From a virus (Duplodnaviria > Caudoviricetes): a DNA stretch of 59,412 nucleotides. Where the stretch lies: IMG/VR virus record IMGVR_UViG_3300024520_000077, positions 1-59,412 of that record; one strand, given 5' to 3'. Under the pieces are notes generated by a model. The model saw only the letters and a list, made by a program, of their open reading frames with translations. It had not been told where the DNA came from and did not search any database. Position 1 is the first letter of the stretch, and each line of letters opens with the position of its first letter. Made by a program: the position numbers and the translations under genes. Shown in pieces: positions 43,906 through 53,229 of this stretch.

Positions 43906-45396
43906 TCATTGTTCGACCTCCCTCGGCTCGGCATAGAGGCTCAGCTCGTAGCCGACGCCGTGGGCCTTCCGCCGAAGGTCGGCCTCCACCCCTGCCAGCC
44001 ACTCCTCGCGGGGCTCCTCGTATAGCCTTTGCGCGACGGGTCCAGCTCGGAGTTTCGCCATCTCGCTCACGGCAGCGCGCTCGGCGTCCTCCGGCAGCTC
44101 CCGAGCCACGAGACGCGCGTCGAGCTTCGCCAGCCCCGTCTCGATCGCCTCGGCCTCCCGGCCCTTGAGCTTGCGGATGAGCCCTGCCAGCGTGCCGAGG
44201 TCGTCCGGCAGGAAGGCGGCGAGGCGCTCGAGGCGCTCGTCGGTGTCGACGTCGGGCGGTGGCGGATGGTTCATAATCGCGTCGTTGTGCTCCTGGACGT
44301 ACGTACGCCGGCCCTGGCCGTTGCCGCTCGGCGGCGGGTAGGCGCTCCGGTCGTCCTGCCAGGGTTTGGCCTTGACGAACCGCGGCCCCTGCGGCAGGAA
44401 CTGTCCGCCGTCGGTGACGTAGACGTCGGCGCCAGTCTCTCGGAGGAAGTCCAGAAAGTCGACGACGTCGTCGGCGTTACGATCGTCCGGGGCGAGGGCC
44501 TTCCACCGCTTGAGGGCGGTCGATTTGTCCTTCTTCGCCTTGGGAGGCAGGAGGGGCCACCACCTGGCGAAGCCCTCGGCGATCGTCTCGCGGTGCGGCT
44601 CCGGATCCCCCGGATCGTCTCCGTCGATGTCAGCCCGGAAGTCGACGACACGTGCGGACCGGCCGTCCGCGGGCGGCTTCGCGCAAGAGTCCGTCTTCGG
44701 ACTCTCTGAAGGCAAGGAAGGCAAGGAAGGAGTGACGCCCTGTGACTCCGCGTGACTCCCCGTGACAGCTCGTGACGACGCGTGACTTTTTGTCACGTTG
44801 TGTGACTCCAGGGCCTCCTTAAGGGCTCCGGTAAACCGGAACCACTCCCCGGAGTGCCGATATTCCGCCCAGTCGTCGTGGATCTCGGCCTCCCTGCTCT
44901 TCCCTCCTGGGGTTTGCATGATGAGTGTCAGGGGCCGCCCTAGCGCTCGCGACAGCTCCCCCGTACGCCCGGCCAGGTGGGTGGTGTAGCCGATCTTGAC
45001 GAGGCCAGCCTCATCATCAAGGAGGAAGTAGACGATGGATATCGCTTTATCCCTTCGCCTGGCCCTCTCGTCGCGCTTGCGCTGGGCTCCGCTCATCGTC
45101 GCTTCCTCGCGGTCGAGGAACTCCGGGTCGGTCAACTTGTCGTCGCCCTCGACGAAAAAGCCGGCCGCCACCAGGGCGGGAACGGATCGCTCACAGACGG
45201 CGTCGGGTATCCCGGTCATCTCGGCCACTGCCTCCCACGGAAACAGCCCGTCGAGCGCCAGGCAGCCGGCGCGGTCGAGGTGGCGCAGGAGGAGCGCGTA
45301 GACGGCTTGGGCCTCCCACTTGAGGCGCTTCCAGGCGGCGGTGTCCTGCCTGTACAGACGGGCGTAAGGCGTGTTCGACCAGTCGAGCCCGCGCAT
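43906..45396 (-). CDS. Replication initiator (O-like) with embedded T5orf172/GIY-YIG-like domain
   Basis: N-terminal helical/wHTH region; VYF......VKIGYT...E..IH......SGEWF; iteron-encoded linker; FARWW...P..K.DK..A...W DnaD-like C-terminus. Confidence 0.8.
   Translation of the reverse strand: MRGLDWSNTPYARLYRQDTAAWKRLKWEAQAVYALLLRHLDRAGCLALDGLFPWEAVAEMTGIPDAVCERSVPALVAAGFFVEGDDKLTDPEFLDREEATMSGAQRKRDERARRRDKAISIVYFLLDDEAGLVKIGYTTHLAGRTGELSRALGRPLTLIMQTPGGKSREAEIHDDWAEYRHSGEWFRFTGALKEALESHNVTKSHASSRAVTGSHAESQGVTPSLPSLPSESPKTDSCAKPPADGRSARVVDFRADIDGDDPGDPEPHRETIAEGFARWWPLLPPKAKKDKSTALKRWKALAPDDRNADDVVDFLDFLRETGADVYVTDGGQFLPQGPRFVKAKPWQDDRSAYPPPSGNGQGRRTYVQEHNDAIMNHPPPPDVDTDERLERLAAFLPDDLGTLAGLIRKLKGREAEAIETGLAKLDARLVARELPEDAERAAVSEMAKLRAGPVAQRLYEEPREEWLAGVEADLRRKAHGVGYELSLYAEPREVEQ
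44708..44806. repeat. Putative origin iterons: GTGAC at 10-bp period, plus GAAGGCAAG repeats
   Basis: GTGAC at 44732, 44742, 44752, 44762, 44772, 44782 and 44802; inverted GTCAC at 44792. Confidence 0.8.
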
Positions 45397-45397
45397 C

Positions 45398-45577
45398 TCA
45401 TGCACTTTCCTGCGCCGGCCGCTCTATCAGCTCGGCCGCCAGGTAGCGGACGAGCGCCGTCCGAACCTCGGCGGCCTCCGACGTCGGCTCGCCTCGCTCC
45501 CGCTTGAGATCGACGAGCATCTCCAGGTCGGCGATGGTCTTCTCGGTCAGTCTAAAAAGCTTCGGTCTCATGTCCAT
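45398..45577 (-). CDS. 59-aa ribbon-helix-helix-like regulator (not in ORF track)
   Basis: Hand translation MDMRPKLFRLTEKTIADLEMLV...SEAAEVRTALVRYL; leaderless after promoter. Confidence 0.65.
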   Translation of the reverse strand: MDMRPKLFRLTEKTIADLEMLVDLKRERGEPTSEAAEVRTALVRYLAAELIERPAQESA

Positions 45578-45583
45578 ATCCCG

Positions 45584-45612
45584 ACGCTATCGCGTCGATA
45601 TCGCCATGTCAA
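45584..45612 (-). promoter_or_regulatory. Promoter of replication operon
   Basis: TTGACA-17-TAGCGT; terminator-like hairpin upstream at 45633-45666. Confidence 0.75.
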
Positions 45613-45981
45613 CAACTTTCTCGGCCCGGACGCAAGAAAGCCCCGCCGACCACACGCCGACGGGGCCGCCTCCGGCCAGTGCCAGCCGCCCGGAGGCTAC
45701 GGCTGATCACGAGAGCTCTTGCCCCTCGCCGTAGCCGTAGAAGTCGAGCTCGACGACGACGTCACGGACGCCATCACGGCAGCCGGGGCAACCCCCATCG
45801 ATCGTCGGCGCCTCCTCGTCGCCACATTCGACGCAACCCCGGCCGGCGCCCAGGCCGCCGCAGACCGGGAAGGCCAGGGGCGCGTCGACGAGCGCGAAGA
45901 GGAGCGAGCGGTCAAGCTCCAGGCGTCCATGGACCGCGGGGCCGCCAGCATGGAGCGAGCGAGCGACGCCGCGGAGCGGAA

Positions 45982-46182
45982 TCAGCCAAGAGCAGGGGGC
46001 GTCGGGTGACGCGTCAGGACATCGCCCGGACGAATAACCTCCGTCCGGCAGCCCTTTTCATGGCATGCCTTGCAAACGATGCAGATGTCGGCTTCGGATT
46101 TTTCGGCGCGGTCGTACCAGTCGGCGTCGTAAAAGGCCTTCTGGCCGCACTCGTCGCAGAGGTAATAGTCAGACATGGCCAT
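45982..46182 (-). CDS. Small Zn-finger protein
   Basis: CDEC and CKAC motifs. Confidence 0.55.
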   Translation of the reverse strand: MAMSDYYLCDECGQKAFYDADWYDRAEKSEADICIVCKACHEKGCRTEVIRPGDVLTRHPTPPALG

Positions 46183-46185
46183 AGC

Positions 46186-46818
46186 TCACTTTCCCTCGGT
46201 CAGTTCTTCCTTGCGCCGCACTCCCGCCTCGATGTCGGCTTTCTCCTCGTGAGTGAGCTCGCGGTATCCGCCATCGTTCGCCTCGTCCAGCTCGGCGGCG
46301 ATCGTCGCCTGGACAGCTTCGCGCTTCGGCAGGTCACCAGGGGCCATCAGGAGGGACCGCGGGCGCTCCTCTCCCGCGTCCGGCTCGTCGCCGAATTCCG
46401 GAGGATCGGCGGGGGCCTCGTCTCGCGGCACTGGCGCCAGGGCCTTGTCCCTCGGCGATCTCTTGATCCTGACGCAATCCCGAAGCTCTCCGAACGCATC
46501 GACGCCCACCTCGATCCACAGCCGCACCGTCCGCCCTTCTGCGGCCTCGGTCTCGCGACCGACGATTTTCATGAGCGCCTTGAGGTGGACAGGGCGAAGG
46601 AGCAGGCCCTTGCCGAGTCTCCGGCCTTTCGGGCTCCTGAAGAACGCCGTCGCCATACGCTCCTTTTTCTTGCCGAGCTGCACGGTTTTCGGCGTTTCGA
46701 AGCGGTCAATTATGACGTCGACCTCTTTATAAGCAGGGGTCCCGTCCGGTCTGATTTCCTTCAGCAAGTCATATGCCGAGATGTAATCTGCGTTCAACCA
46801 TTCCAACATGTCGCTCAT
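46186..46818 (-). CDS. Putative ssDNA-binding/annealing protein
   Basis: Coupled to RecE-like gene; YISAYDL...G..V.L......FG...CVRI core; acidic tail. Confidence 0.55.
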   Translation of the reverse strand: MSDMLEWLNADYISAYDLLKEIRPDGTPAYKEVDVIIDRFETPKTVQLGKKKERMATAFFRSPKGRRLGKGLLLRPVHLKALMKIVGRETEAAEGRTVRLWIEVGVDAFGELRDCVRIKRSPRDKALAPVPRDEAPADPPEFGDEPDAGEERPRSLLMAPGDLPKREAVQATIAAELDEANDGGYRELTHEEKADIEAGVRRKEELTEGK

Positions 46819-47660
46819 GCTACTATCCTCGCTTCCATGTTTTCCGACAGAAGTTCCTTAATGCCGCGCAGGGCCCGAGAGACCTCGATCTTTGCGGCTG
46901 CCATTTCTTCGTCGTATCTATCGGCCTCGCGTCGGACCTCGTCGGTACCGTCGTCCGCACGTGGGACCATGCGCTCGAAAGGCAGCTGGCCGCTCCCGCC
47001 CGGGTTGACGACGAGCATGCTTGAGGCAAGCGCCTCGCCTGGGTGATTCGCTTCGCGGATGTTCTCGTAGTGCGCGCGCTGTATCATGGCGCGGCGGTCC
47101 TTGATCCGCCACCACAGGCTCCTCGCGTCGTGCCACTGTGTGTAGATCTTCAGGTCCGTCTCGACCAGCACCTCGCCCGATCGCCAGACGAGATCTTGCC
47201 GACTCTTGCACGGTACGCTCTCGACGAAAGCGACTTCCGCGACCTGGGTCCGCGCCGCGCCTTTGTCGACCATGCCGCGGAGAGCTCTAACGGTGGGACA
47301 ACAGGCCGCGATGGCGGCCGCCTTGTCTTTTGCTTCCGCCCGCTCGTCGGGTGTGGCGTCCTCGCTGGCGTGCTCCCATTCGTCAAGGCTGCCCTCGGAG
47401 AAGAGGCGCGCCTCGATCATCGAGCCGGCCCGCATGGATAGCGACGACTCGCGCCGCGCGAGTTCCCAGATTTTGACCTGCCCGAGCGGCGCCGAGTAGT
47501 CGCCCCGAGAGCGCCGGGCGTCGAGCCGCGGAAGGTAGACGTAACGCGCGCGCCAGGTGTCGAAGCTTCCGCGCTTCTCGTCCTCGAGCCAGTCGATGAC
47601 GGCGCTCGAGCCGACGGCCGGGAAGGCGTAGTAGTCGCGGGGGTTCGAGAGGTCGGTCAC
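46815..47660 (-). CDS. RecE/DUF3799-like PD-(D/E)XK exonuclease
   Basis: YYA.PAVGSS, MRAGS, CKSRQD, TDLK, IQRAHY. Confidence 0.8.
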   Translation of the reverse strand: MTDLSNPRDYYAFPAVGSSAVIDWLEDEKRGSFDTWRARYVYLPRLDARRSRGDYSAPLGQVKIWELARRESSLSMRAGSMIEARLFSEGSLDEWEHASEDATPDERAEAKDKAAAIAACCPTVRALRGMVDKGAARTQVAEVAFVESVPCKSRQDLVWRSGEVLVETDLKIYTQWHDARSLWWRIKDRRAMIQRAHYENIREANHPGEALASSMLVVNPGGSGQLPFERMVPRADDGTDEVRREADRYDEEMAAAKIEVSRALRGIKELLSENMEARIVA

Positions 47661-48411
47661 GATGATGAGTCCTCCCAGTCGTCCGGGATTGACCGGGCCA
47701 GCGCCCCGAGGATCTCGCGAGGGCTCATTTCTTCGCGGACTTGCAAGGCGTCGTCGAAGTCGCCCTTGAGGACCTCGAGAGCGCTCGCGATCCGCGAAGC
47801 GTCATCGCCGCCGGGCGACCGGAGGATCTTCTCTGCCGACTCGCAGCGCAAGGCGTACGGCGCGCTAATGCCCCAGTCGTCCGGCCGTGCCGTCTCGCTG
47901 GCCGAGTAGACCGGCTCCCAGTCCCTCGCGATCTTGCGGAAGACCCACGGGGCCGAGCCGGCAGCGGGGCGGACGGCCACGGTGATGATGCCCTCATCGT
48001 CCGAGGGATTCGTCGGTCCCCAAACGTATTCGGCATAGTGCTCCGCCGCCGCGTCGGCATCGGCACCGTAAGCCAGTCCGACGAATGACGGGTCGGTCTC
48101 GTCGACCACGTCCCACGCCGGCGGACAGACGTGGCTTTCGCGCAAGTCGACGATCCGCTGGCACTTCCAGCACCGCCTCATGATTGACCGCCCGGGACGT
48201 CCTGGTCGCGGCAATGATCACAACGGCCAGCGCTGTCCAGTTCTTCAGGCAGCATCAGCCGTTCACAGCGGCCGGCACAGCGCCGTCGATCGTGGGCTAG
48301 CTCGGCGAGTTCTCCGGGGGTCAGGGTCGAGAGGGCCGCCGCCCGGTAGATCGTGGCGGCGGAGTAGTCGTGCTCGTTGTCGAGGACGTGCTGCGCGTGG
48401 TCTGGGTCCAT
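47657..48411 (-). other. Two coupled early hypothetical ORFs (48178-48411, 47657-48181)
   Basis: GAGGAG RBS; ATGA/GTGA overlaps. Confidence 0.55.
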
Positions 48412-48482
48412 GATGCTCTCCTCGGTTTGGTGGTCGTAAGCTCAGGAGAAGGGCCAGCGGCCCCTCTCCCGGGCCGAAGCCC

Positions 48483-48617
48483 TTAGGCCCTCTGGGCGGC
48501 GGACTTGGCGATCATCTGGAGTTGGACAAGAGAGAGTTTGGCGTTGCAGCGGCCCATGGTCTTACCCTCGATCAGGGTGGTGGTGTAGGTTGCGGTGGCG
48601 GTTTTGACTACGTACAT
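48483..48617 (-). CDS. 44-aa early protein (not in ORF track)
   Basis: MYVVKTATATYTTTLIEGKTMGRCNAKLSLVQLQMIAKSAAQRA; AGGAG RBS; followed by hairpins. Confidence 0.6.
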   Translation of the reverse strand: MYVVKTATATYTTTLIEGKTMGRCNAKLSLVQLQMIAKSAAQRA

Positions 48618-48667
48618 GTTCGGTCTCCTGGTCGGTTTGGGTGGTCGCGTTTCGTTTCAACATGACC

Positions 48668-48829
48668 ATCATATAGGCTTGGCGCCGCATGTCAAGAACT
48701 ATCTTCACCCCAGGCCAAGAAAGATGGCCCTCCCTCCCTGTAGCATGATGGTGGTGTTTTGACGGCATGGAAGAAAGTTGGGATCCGGCGAAGAAAGTTC
48801 TTGACATGGCGTACCAAGGCCCCTATAGT
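48668..48829. promoter_or_regulatory. Back-to-back strong early promoters
   Basis: Minus strand TTGACA-16-TATGAT (48695-48668); plus strand TTGACA-17-TATAGT (48801-48829); both in AGTTCTTGACATG context. Confidence 0.8.
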
Positions 48830-48984
48830 CATGGGTGTCGACAGGGAATGACCCCCGAGACGATTGACAACTCAAAGACCTCCGGCCGGCAGCCACGCTC
48901 AAGCCTTGGTAGGCCAGGAGGACCCCAACCCGGGGCGCGAGTGAGCGGCGGGAATTCTTCCGCCCCTCTATGGAGGACGAACCC

Positions 48985-49281
48985 ATGAGCACTCACACCC
49001 TGACCGTTTCCGACGTCCAAGCGACCTGGCCCGCTGGCCTCCTGACCTACAGTGCCCGCGTCGCGCTTCCCGACGGCAGCATGGCGACCTTGAAGTCCAG
49101 GGCCAGCATCTACCACGGCCGGATGTCGCCGGTACTCACCTTGAGCCCCGACGATCACACCGTGACGCTCTTCGGCGCCTGGGAGTCGCTGGCCAGCTCC
49201 GAGCCTGGCGACTTCGTCGACTTCGCTGCCGGTGGCCATAGCGCGGCCTTTCTTGACGATCTTGAGGATCGCATTTCCTGA
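48985..49281 (+). CDS. Early hypothetical protein
   Basis: GGAGG RBS; followed by hairpin. Confidence 0.65.
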   Translation: MSTHTLTVSDVQATWPAGLLTYSARVALPDGSMATLKSRASIYHGRMSPVLTLSPDDHTVTLFGAWESLASSEPGDFVDFAAGGHSAAFLDDLEDRIS

Positions 49282-49358
49282 GGGGGTGGCCGAGAGGCCG
49301 CCTCTCGCTTGCGCCCCGGGTTGGGACAAAGAAACTTTGAATCCGACGAAGAAAGTAC

Positions 49359-49387
49359 TTGACTTCCCATAGCAAGACCTTCATGCT
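49359..49387 (+). promoter_or_regulatory. Early promoter
   Basis: TTGACT-17-CATGCT in CGAAGAAAGT context shared with the 48801 promoter. Confidence 0.65.
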
Positions 49388-49433
49388 GTCTTTGTTGAGA
49401 GCAACCGAGCCACCCAAACCCAAGGAGACCGAC

Positions 49434-51227
49434 ATGAGCGACACCATCACCACTGCCACCCTCGACGCCCGCATCGACGCCCTCACCGCAGTGGTGATCA
49501 AGGGCTCCGGTCCCAAGGCTTCCGCCCAGCACGCTGAGAAGGCCCGCCGGATCAGTGAGTGGAAGGCCCTTCGCGACGCCCTCAACGCCTGAGCAAAGGA
49601 GAACGCCATGAACCCGATCGTCACCCACGCCGAATACGACAGAGTCCGCCGGATAATCGCCACCGCTGCACAGCGCGCCGCCGCTACGACCTCGCGATAC
49701 TTCGGAGGGTCAGGAGACCCAGCCACCGAACAACTCGCCGACGTCCGGCATGAGCACTCGCGAATGGTCGCCGTGGCTCGCCGGAGACGCACCGGAGAGG
49801 GTCCCTGCGGTCGGTCGCCAAAGGACGCTGCAAGACACCTGCAAAGCGCGCGCTGCTACCGTCTAGCTCTCGCCGTCCTGAAGGGCCAAATGACCTGAGA
49901 TCCCAGGCCAGGGAAAGCCCCTTTACGGGGGCCTTCTCGGGCCGGCGATTCAGCCGGACAAGCAAAGGAGAAGACCATGAATGACTTGTTCACGGCCTCG
50001 ACCGCGTCAGTGTGGGGGATGCCTCCGGGCTCGGGGCCGAGGTGGGCCGCGCCGTCAATGCCGGCCAAGGACAAGTTGGCCGACCAGTGGCGCCGAGAAG
50101 CGGGGCGCCTCTGATGTTCCGCCTGCTGCTCAACGGCGAGGAGGTCGCAGCCGACCGCGACCGCGCCGATCTTCTCCTCGACTACTTCGGCGACGCCGGT
50201 CCGGTCCCCGAGGGCTACCACGTCGAGGAGTACCACCTCGAAATCGACGCCGAGACCCGCGACCGGCTCCTCGACGAGCAGTGGCCCATGGGCGAGCGAT
50301 TCGGCGAGCTGGTCGCCCTCACGATAGGCCACGTCCTGCCCGGGGAGGCCCACGGCTACAAAGTGAAGCTGGCCAACCGGCTCGGCATGTCATCCACGGA
50401 CTTGAGCAACCTGCTGGCCGGGTGGGGCGTGAACGCGAAGCGGGTGACCGTCTTCCAAGCCCTCCTCAAGGGCCACCTGATCGGCGATGGGCTCAACACC
50501 GCCCTCGGGTGGGCGATCGTCCTGCCGGACCTTCTCCGACTGGACGGGGCTGCGGACCGTCGGGATACCCTCGAGGCAGTCTGCGACGGCGTCGAGGAGC
50601 TCCTGGCCCGTGAGCCACAGGACCCTGGGCCGCTGGGCCGGGAGGACATGGCCGAGAGCGAGGCGTGCGAACGCGAGGACGCCGAGGCTGCGCTGGCCGA
50701 TAAGATCGACGACAGTAGGGGGGCGCCATGACCATGCCCGGATGGGACCCTGGCGAAGAGGGAGGCTTGACGCCCTCTCAAGTCGTCGACCTCGGCGCGC
50801 TGCTGAGAAGGGGCGTGACGATCTCTCTGGAGTGGGACGGCCGTGGGTTCGTGGCGACGGTCGACGGCCGGGACTGGAGCCCGTACGGCATCCTTACCGA
50901 GCTGCTCGAAGACCTGGGCGCCCTTGGGGACGCGCCGTCATGACCACCAAGGAGACCCCCAACGCCCACGCCCTTCGCGACCTCCTTGAGGGCGCGGTCG
51001 GCCGGGCGCTCAAGCCTGGCTCGACCGTTGAGTCGGTCCTGGACGAGCAGCGGGAGCGGTACGGACGGCGCGCTCGACTCGTTCGACACTGGGTGGATTG
51101 CGCGATTATGAAGATCGAGGAGGAAGACGCCGCCGGTGCGGCCTTCTACGCCCGCCAGGCGGTAACGGAAGCTCGACGACGACCGGCGCTTCCCCTCCGC
51201 CTTGACCCCGCCGCCGATCCGCGGTAG
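49434..51227 (+). other. Early operon of small hypothetical proteins (49434-49592, 49608-49898, 49978-50114, 50114-50731, 50728-50943, 50940-51227)
   Basis: AAGGAG RBSs and coupled stop/start codons. Confidence 0.6.
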
Positions 51228-51870
51228 GCTCCGGGGTGTCAGGGAATCGGAGGTCTGCTACCGCAAGGAGTGGAGTCTCCGGCCGGACTCGAGAAGCGTT
51301 CTGCTATGCGTAACCCCTCGGGAAAGCTCCGGATCGATTGCCCCTCCAGGACCCTGGCCGAGCATCCAACTCGGTTCGTTCGTCACAAGAAAGCCCCGGT
51401 TGACCCCGGGGCTTTCGCTTTGATAGGATCGACCCGTGATGAACGAACCGACATGGAAAGCGGTTCCGGCGCCTCAGGCGTCGAGCAGGAATCCGAAAGC
51501 GGTGGTGGCGCGACTCTTCGCCCCGGACGACTTCTCCTCGGCGCTTGAGCGCCAAGGGGTTGGCGATGCCGGGGTGGACTTCGCCAGGAAGCTCGAGCAG
51601 CTCTCCGCCGTTCTCGCGTCCCAGGATGAAGGAACGTCAGGACGTAAAACCGTGATGGACCAAGGAGCCGGCGAACCTGCCGCGGGCGAAGCTCAACCTA
51701 CCGAAGTGGGTACCGAGGCAGGCTGAAATCCGGGCTCTGAGACGGTAGTCGAACCGTCCGCAAGGCGCGCATCCCGGTCCTTGACGCTGAAAGGCGAAAG
51801 GGGTCTGACCTGGTAGGGGACGGCTTCCAAGCCCCGGGACGTCGGAGTCCTGATCAAGGGGAGGCGCCTT
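51202..51870 (+). ncRNA. Candidate structured RNA region with two promoters
   Basis: TTGACC-17-TAGGCT and TTGACC-18-TAGGAT; several short GCAA/GAAA/CGAA-capped hairpins; 16-nt complementarity 51371-51386 with 51436-51451. Confidence 0.4.
51389..51421. terminator. Bidirectional intrinsic terminator
   Basis: GAAAGCCCCGG-loop-CCGGGGCTTTC stem. Confidence 0.7.
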
Positions 51871-51885
51871 CCGTGGTACGCTCTG

Positions 51886-52158
51886 ATGATGAGCGACAAA
51901 GCCGCCGAGCTCGCCGCGAAGGTCGACGACGAGCGCCACCTGATTGCCCTGGCCGTCGGGCAGCTGGTCACCAGCCGATCCCGCCTCCGCCAGCTGCGCG
52001 CCGGCGGGGCGGTGGTACAGGGCGACGCCCCTCGGCTGAGCTTGTTCGAGGTCGAGGCGTACCTGAGAGAAGAGGAGGTCCTCCGTGATGCGCCGCGGCA
52101 TGTGCGCCGGCCTTCGTCAGGCGGCCGACTACGTGGCCGCGGTGCTTCCGGGCGCTGA
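51886..52158 (+). CDS. Hypothetical protein
   Basis: Leaderless after TGG-TACGCT. Confidence 0.5.
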   Translation: MMSDKAAELAAKVDDERHLIALAVGQLVTSRSRLRQLRAGGAVVQGDAPRLSLFEVEAYLREEEVLRDAPRHVRRPSSGGRLRGRGASGR

Positions 52159-52262
52159 CGCTCGGCGGGTGGCGTCGAAGCTCAGAAGCGACGCGATGAA
52201 GATGGACCCACCGTTACCGGGGGCCCGGCTCGACGAGAGCACGGAGCCCTCGTAAGATCACG

Positions 52263-53225
52263 CTACCCCTCGATCGTCATCTGCTCAGGCGGCGCCACCG
52301 CGGTCGGCGGCTCGAAGAGGATGCGCTGTGCGTACCGGTCGACGGCGATCTGCTGGGCTACGTCGATCCAGAGGTCGCCATGACCGGGCAGCGGTCGGCC
52401 TTTCTCGTCCCGTCGATCACGCGCCAGGAGGTCACCGCCGAAGAACCGCCGGCCGTGGTCGAGGGCGGCGACGAGGGACGTCCCAGAGCCGAGGAAGGGG
52501 TCAACGACGAGGTCGCCTGGGTTCGAGAAGCACAGGACGACGTCGCGGGCGAGGCGGTAGGGGAAGCGGGCCGGGTGGTTCTCGTTCTCCGTTGGACCAC
52601 CGCCGCCCTTGCTCACGTTCCCGTAGGCCCAAAGCGTCGAGGGCAGGACGTAATCAGCGACCGGCGAGGTAGAAGACCGATTCCTTCTGCCGTGGCCGTT
52701 CGCGCGACGCTGGCCACCTTTTCCGCCTACGGTCGTCCGATTGCTGGTCGTCGTTCTTTTCTCCGCGATTGCGGCAGAGTTCACCGAGATATCTCCTGGC
52801 GTCGAGAACCAGAGCATCGGCTCCCATGCCGACTTGAAGCCGCGAGGGAAAGCTCCCGGGCTCGTCTGCTTGCCGTATGCCAGGACGTCGGGGCACACCA
52901 GCCCGAGCCGGTCTTTCCAGTCGAGCAGCACGCGCCAGGGCATGACCGACCGCTCGGTGTACCCGTCCCCGCGGTAGTCCCTCACGGGGCCGTCAAGGAC
53001 GCACAGACACTGACCGCCGTCGGGCCGGAGGGCTCGCTTGACGGAGTTCCCGAGGCGCTGGTAGTCCTCGAGCGTCCAGTCCTTCCCCTCGGCCTCGCCG
53101 TACGTCCTGGCGACTCCGGGGTAGGGCGGGCTCATCAGGATGAGATCGGCCTTGCCCTCGACCTCGCCCAGGGTGTCGGCGTAGTCGGCTTGACGGAGGC
53201 CGACAAGGAGGTCGAGGGGGTTCAT
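52263..53225 (-). CDS. Beta-class amino DNA methyltransferase (SPPY), copy 2
   Basis: DLILMSPPY, HPARFP, DPFLGSGT; near-identical termini to 3751-4689. Confidence 0.92.
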   Translation of the reverse strand: MNPLDLLVGLRQADYADTLGEVEGKADLILMSPPYPGVARTYGEAEGKDWTLEDYQRLGNSVKRALRPDGGQCLCVLDGPVRDYRGDGYTERSVMPWRVLLDWKDRLGLVCPDVLAYGKQTSPGAFPRGFKSAWEPMLWFSTPGDISVNSAAIAEKRTTTSNRTTVGGKGGQRRANGHGRRNRSSTSPVADYVLPSTLWAYGNVSKGGGGPTENENHPARFPYRLARDVVLCFSNPGDLVVDPFLGSGTSLVAALDHGRRFFGGDLLARDRRDEKGRPLPGHGDLWIDVAQQIAVDRYAQRILFEPPTAVAPPEQMTIEG

Positions 53226-53229
53226 GCCG

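Noticed and set aside
45679-47046. 455-aa plus-strand ORF
   Set aside because: Arg-rich low-complexity shadow of the recombination genes
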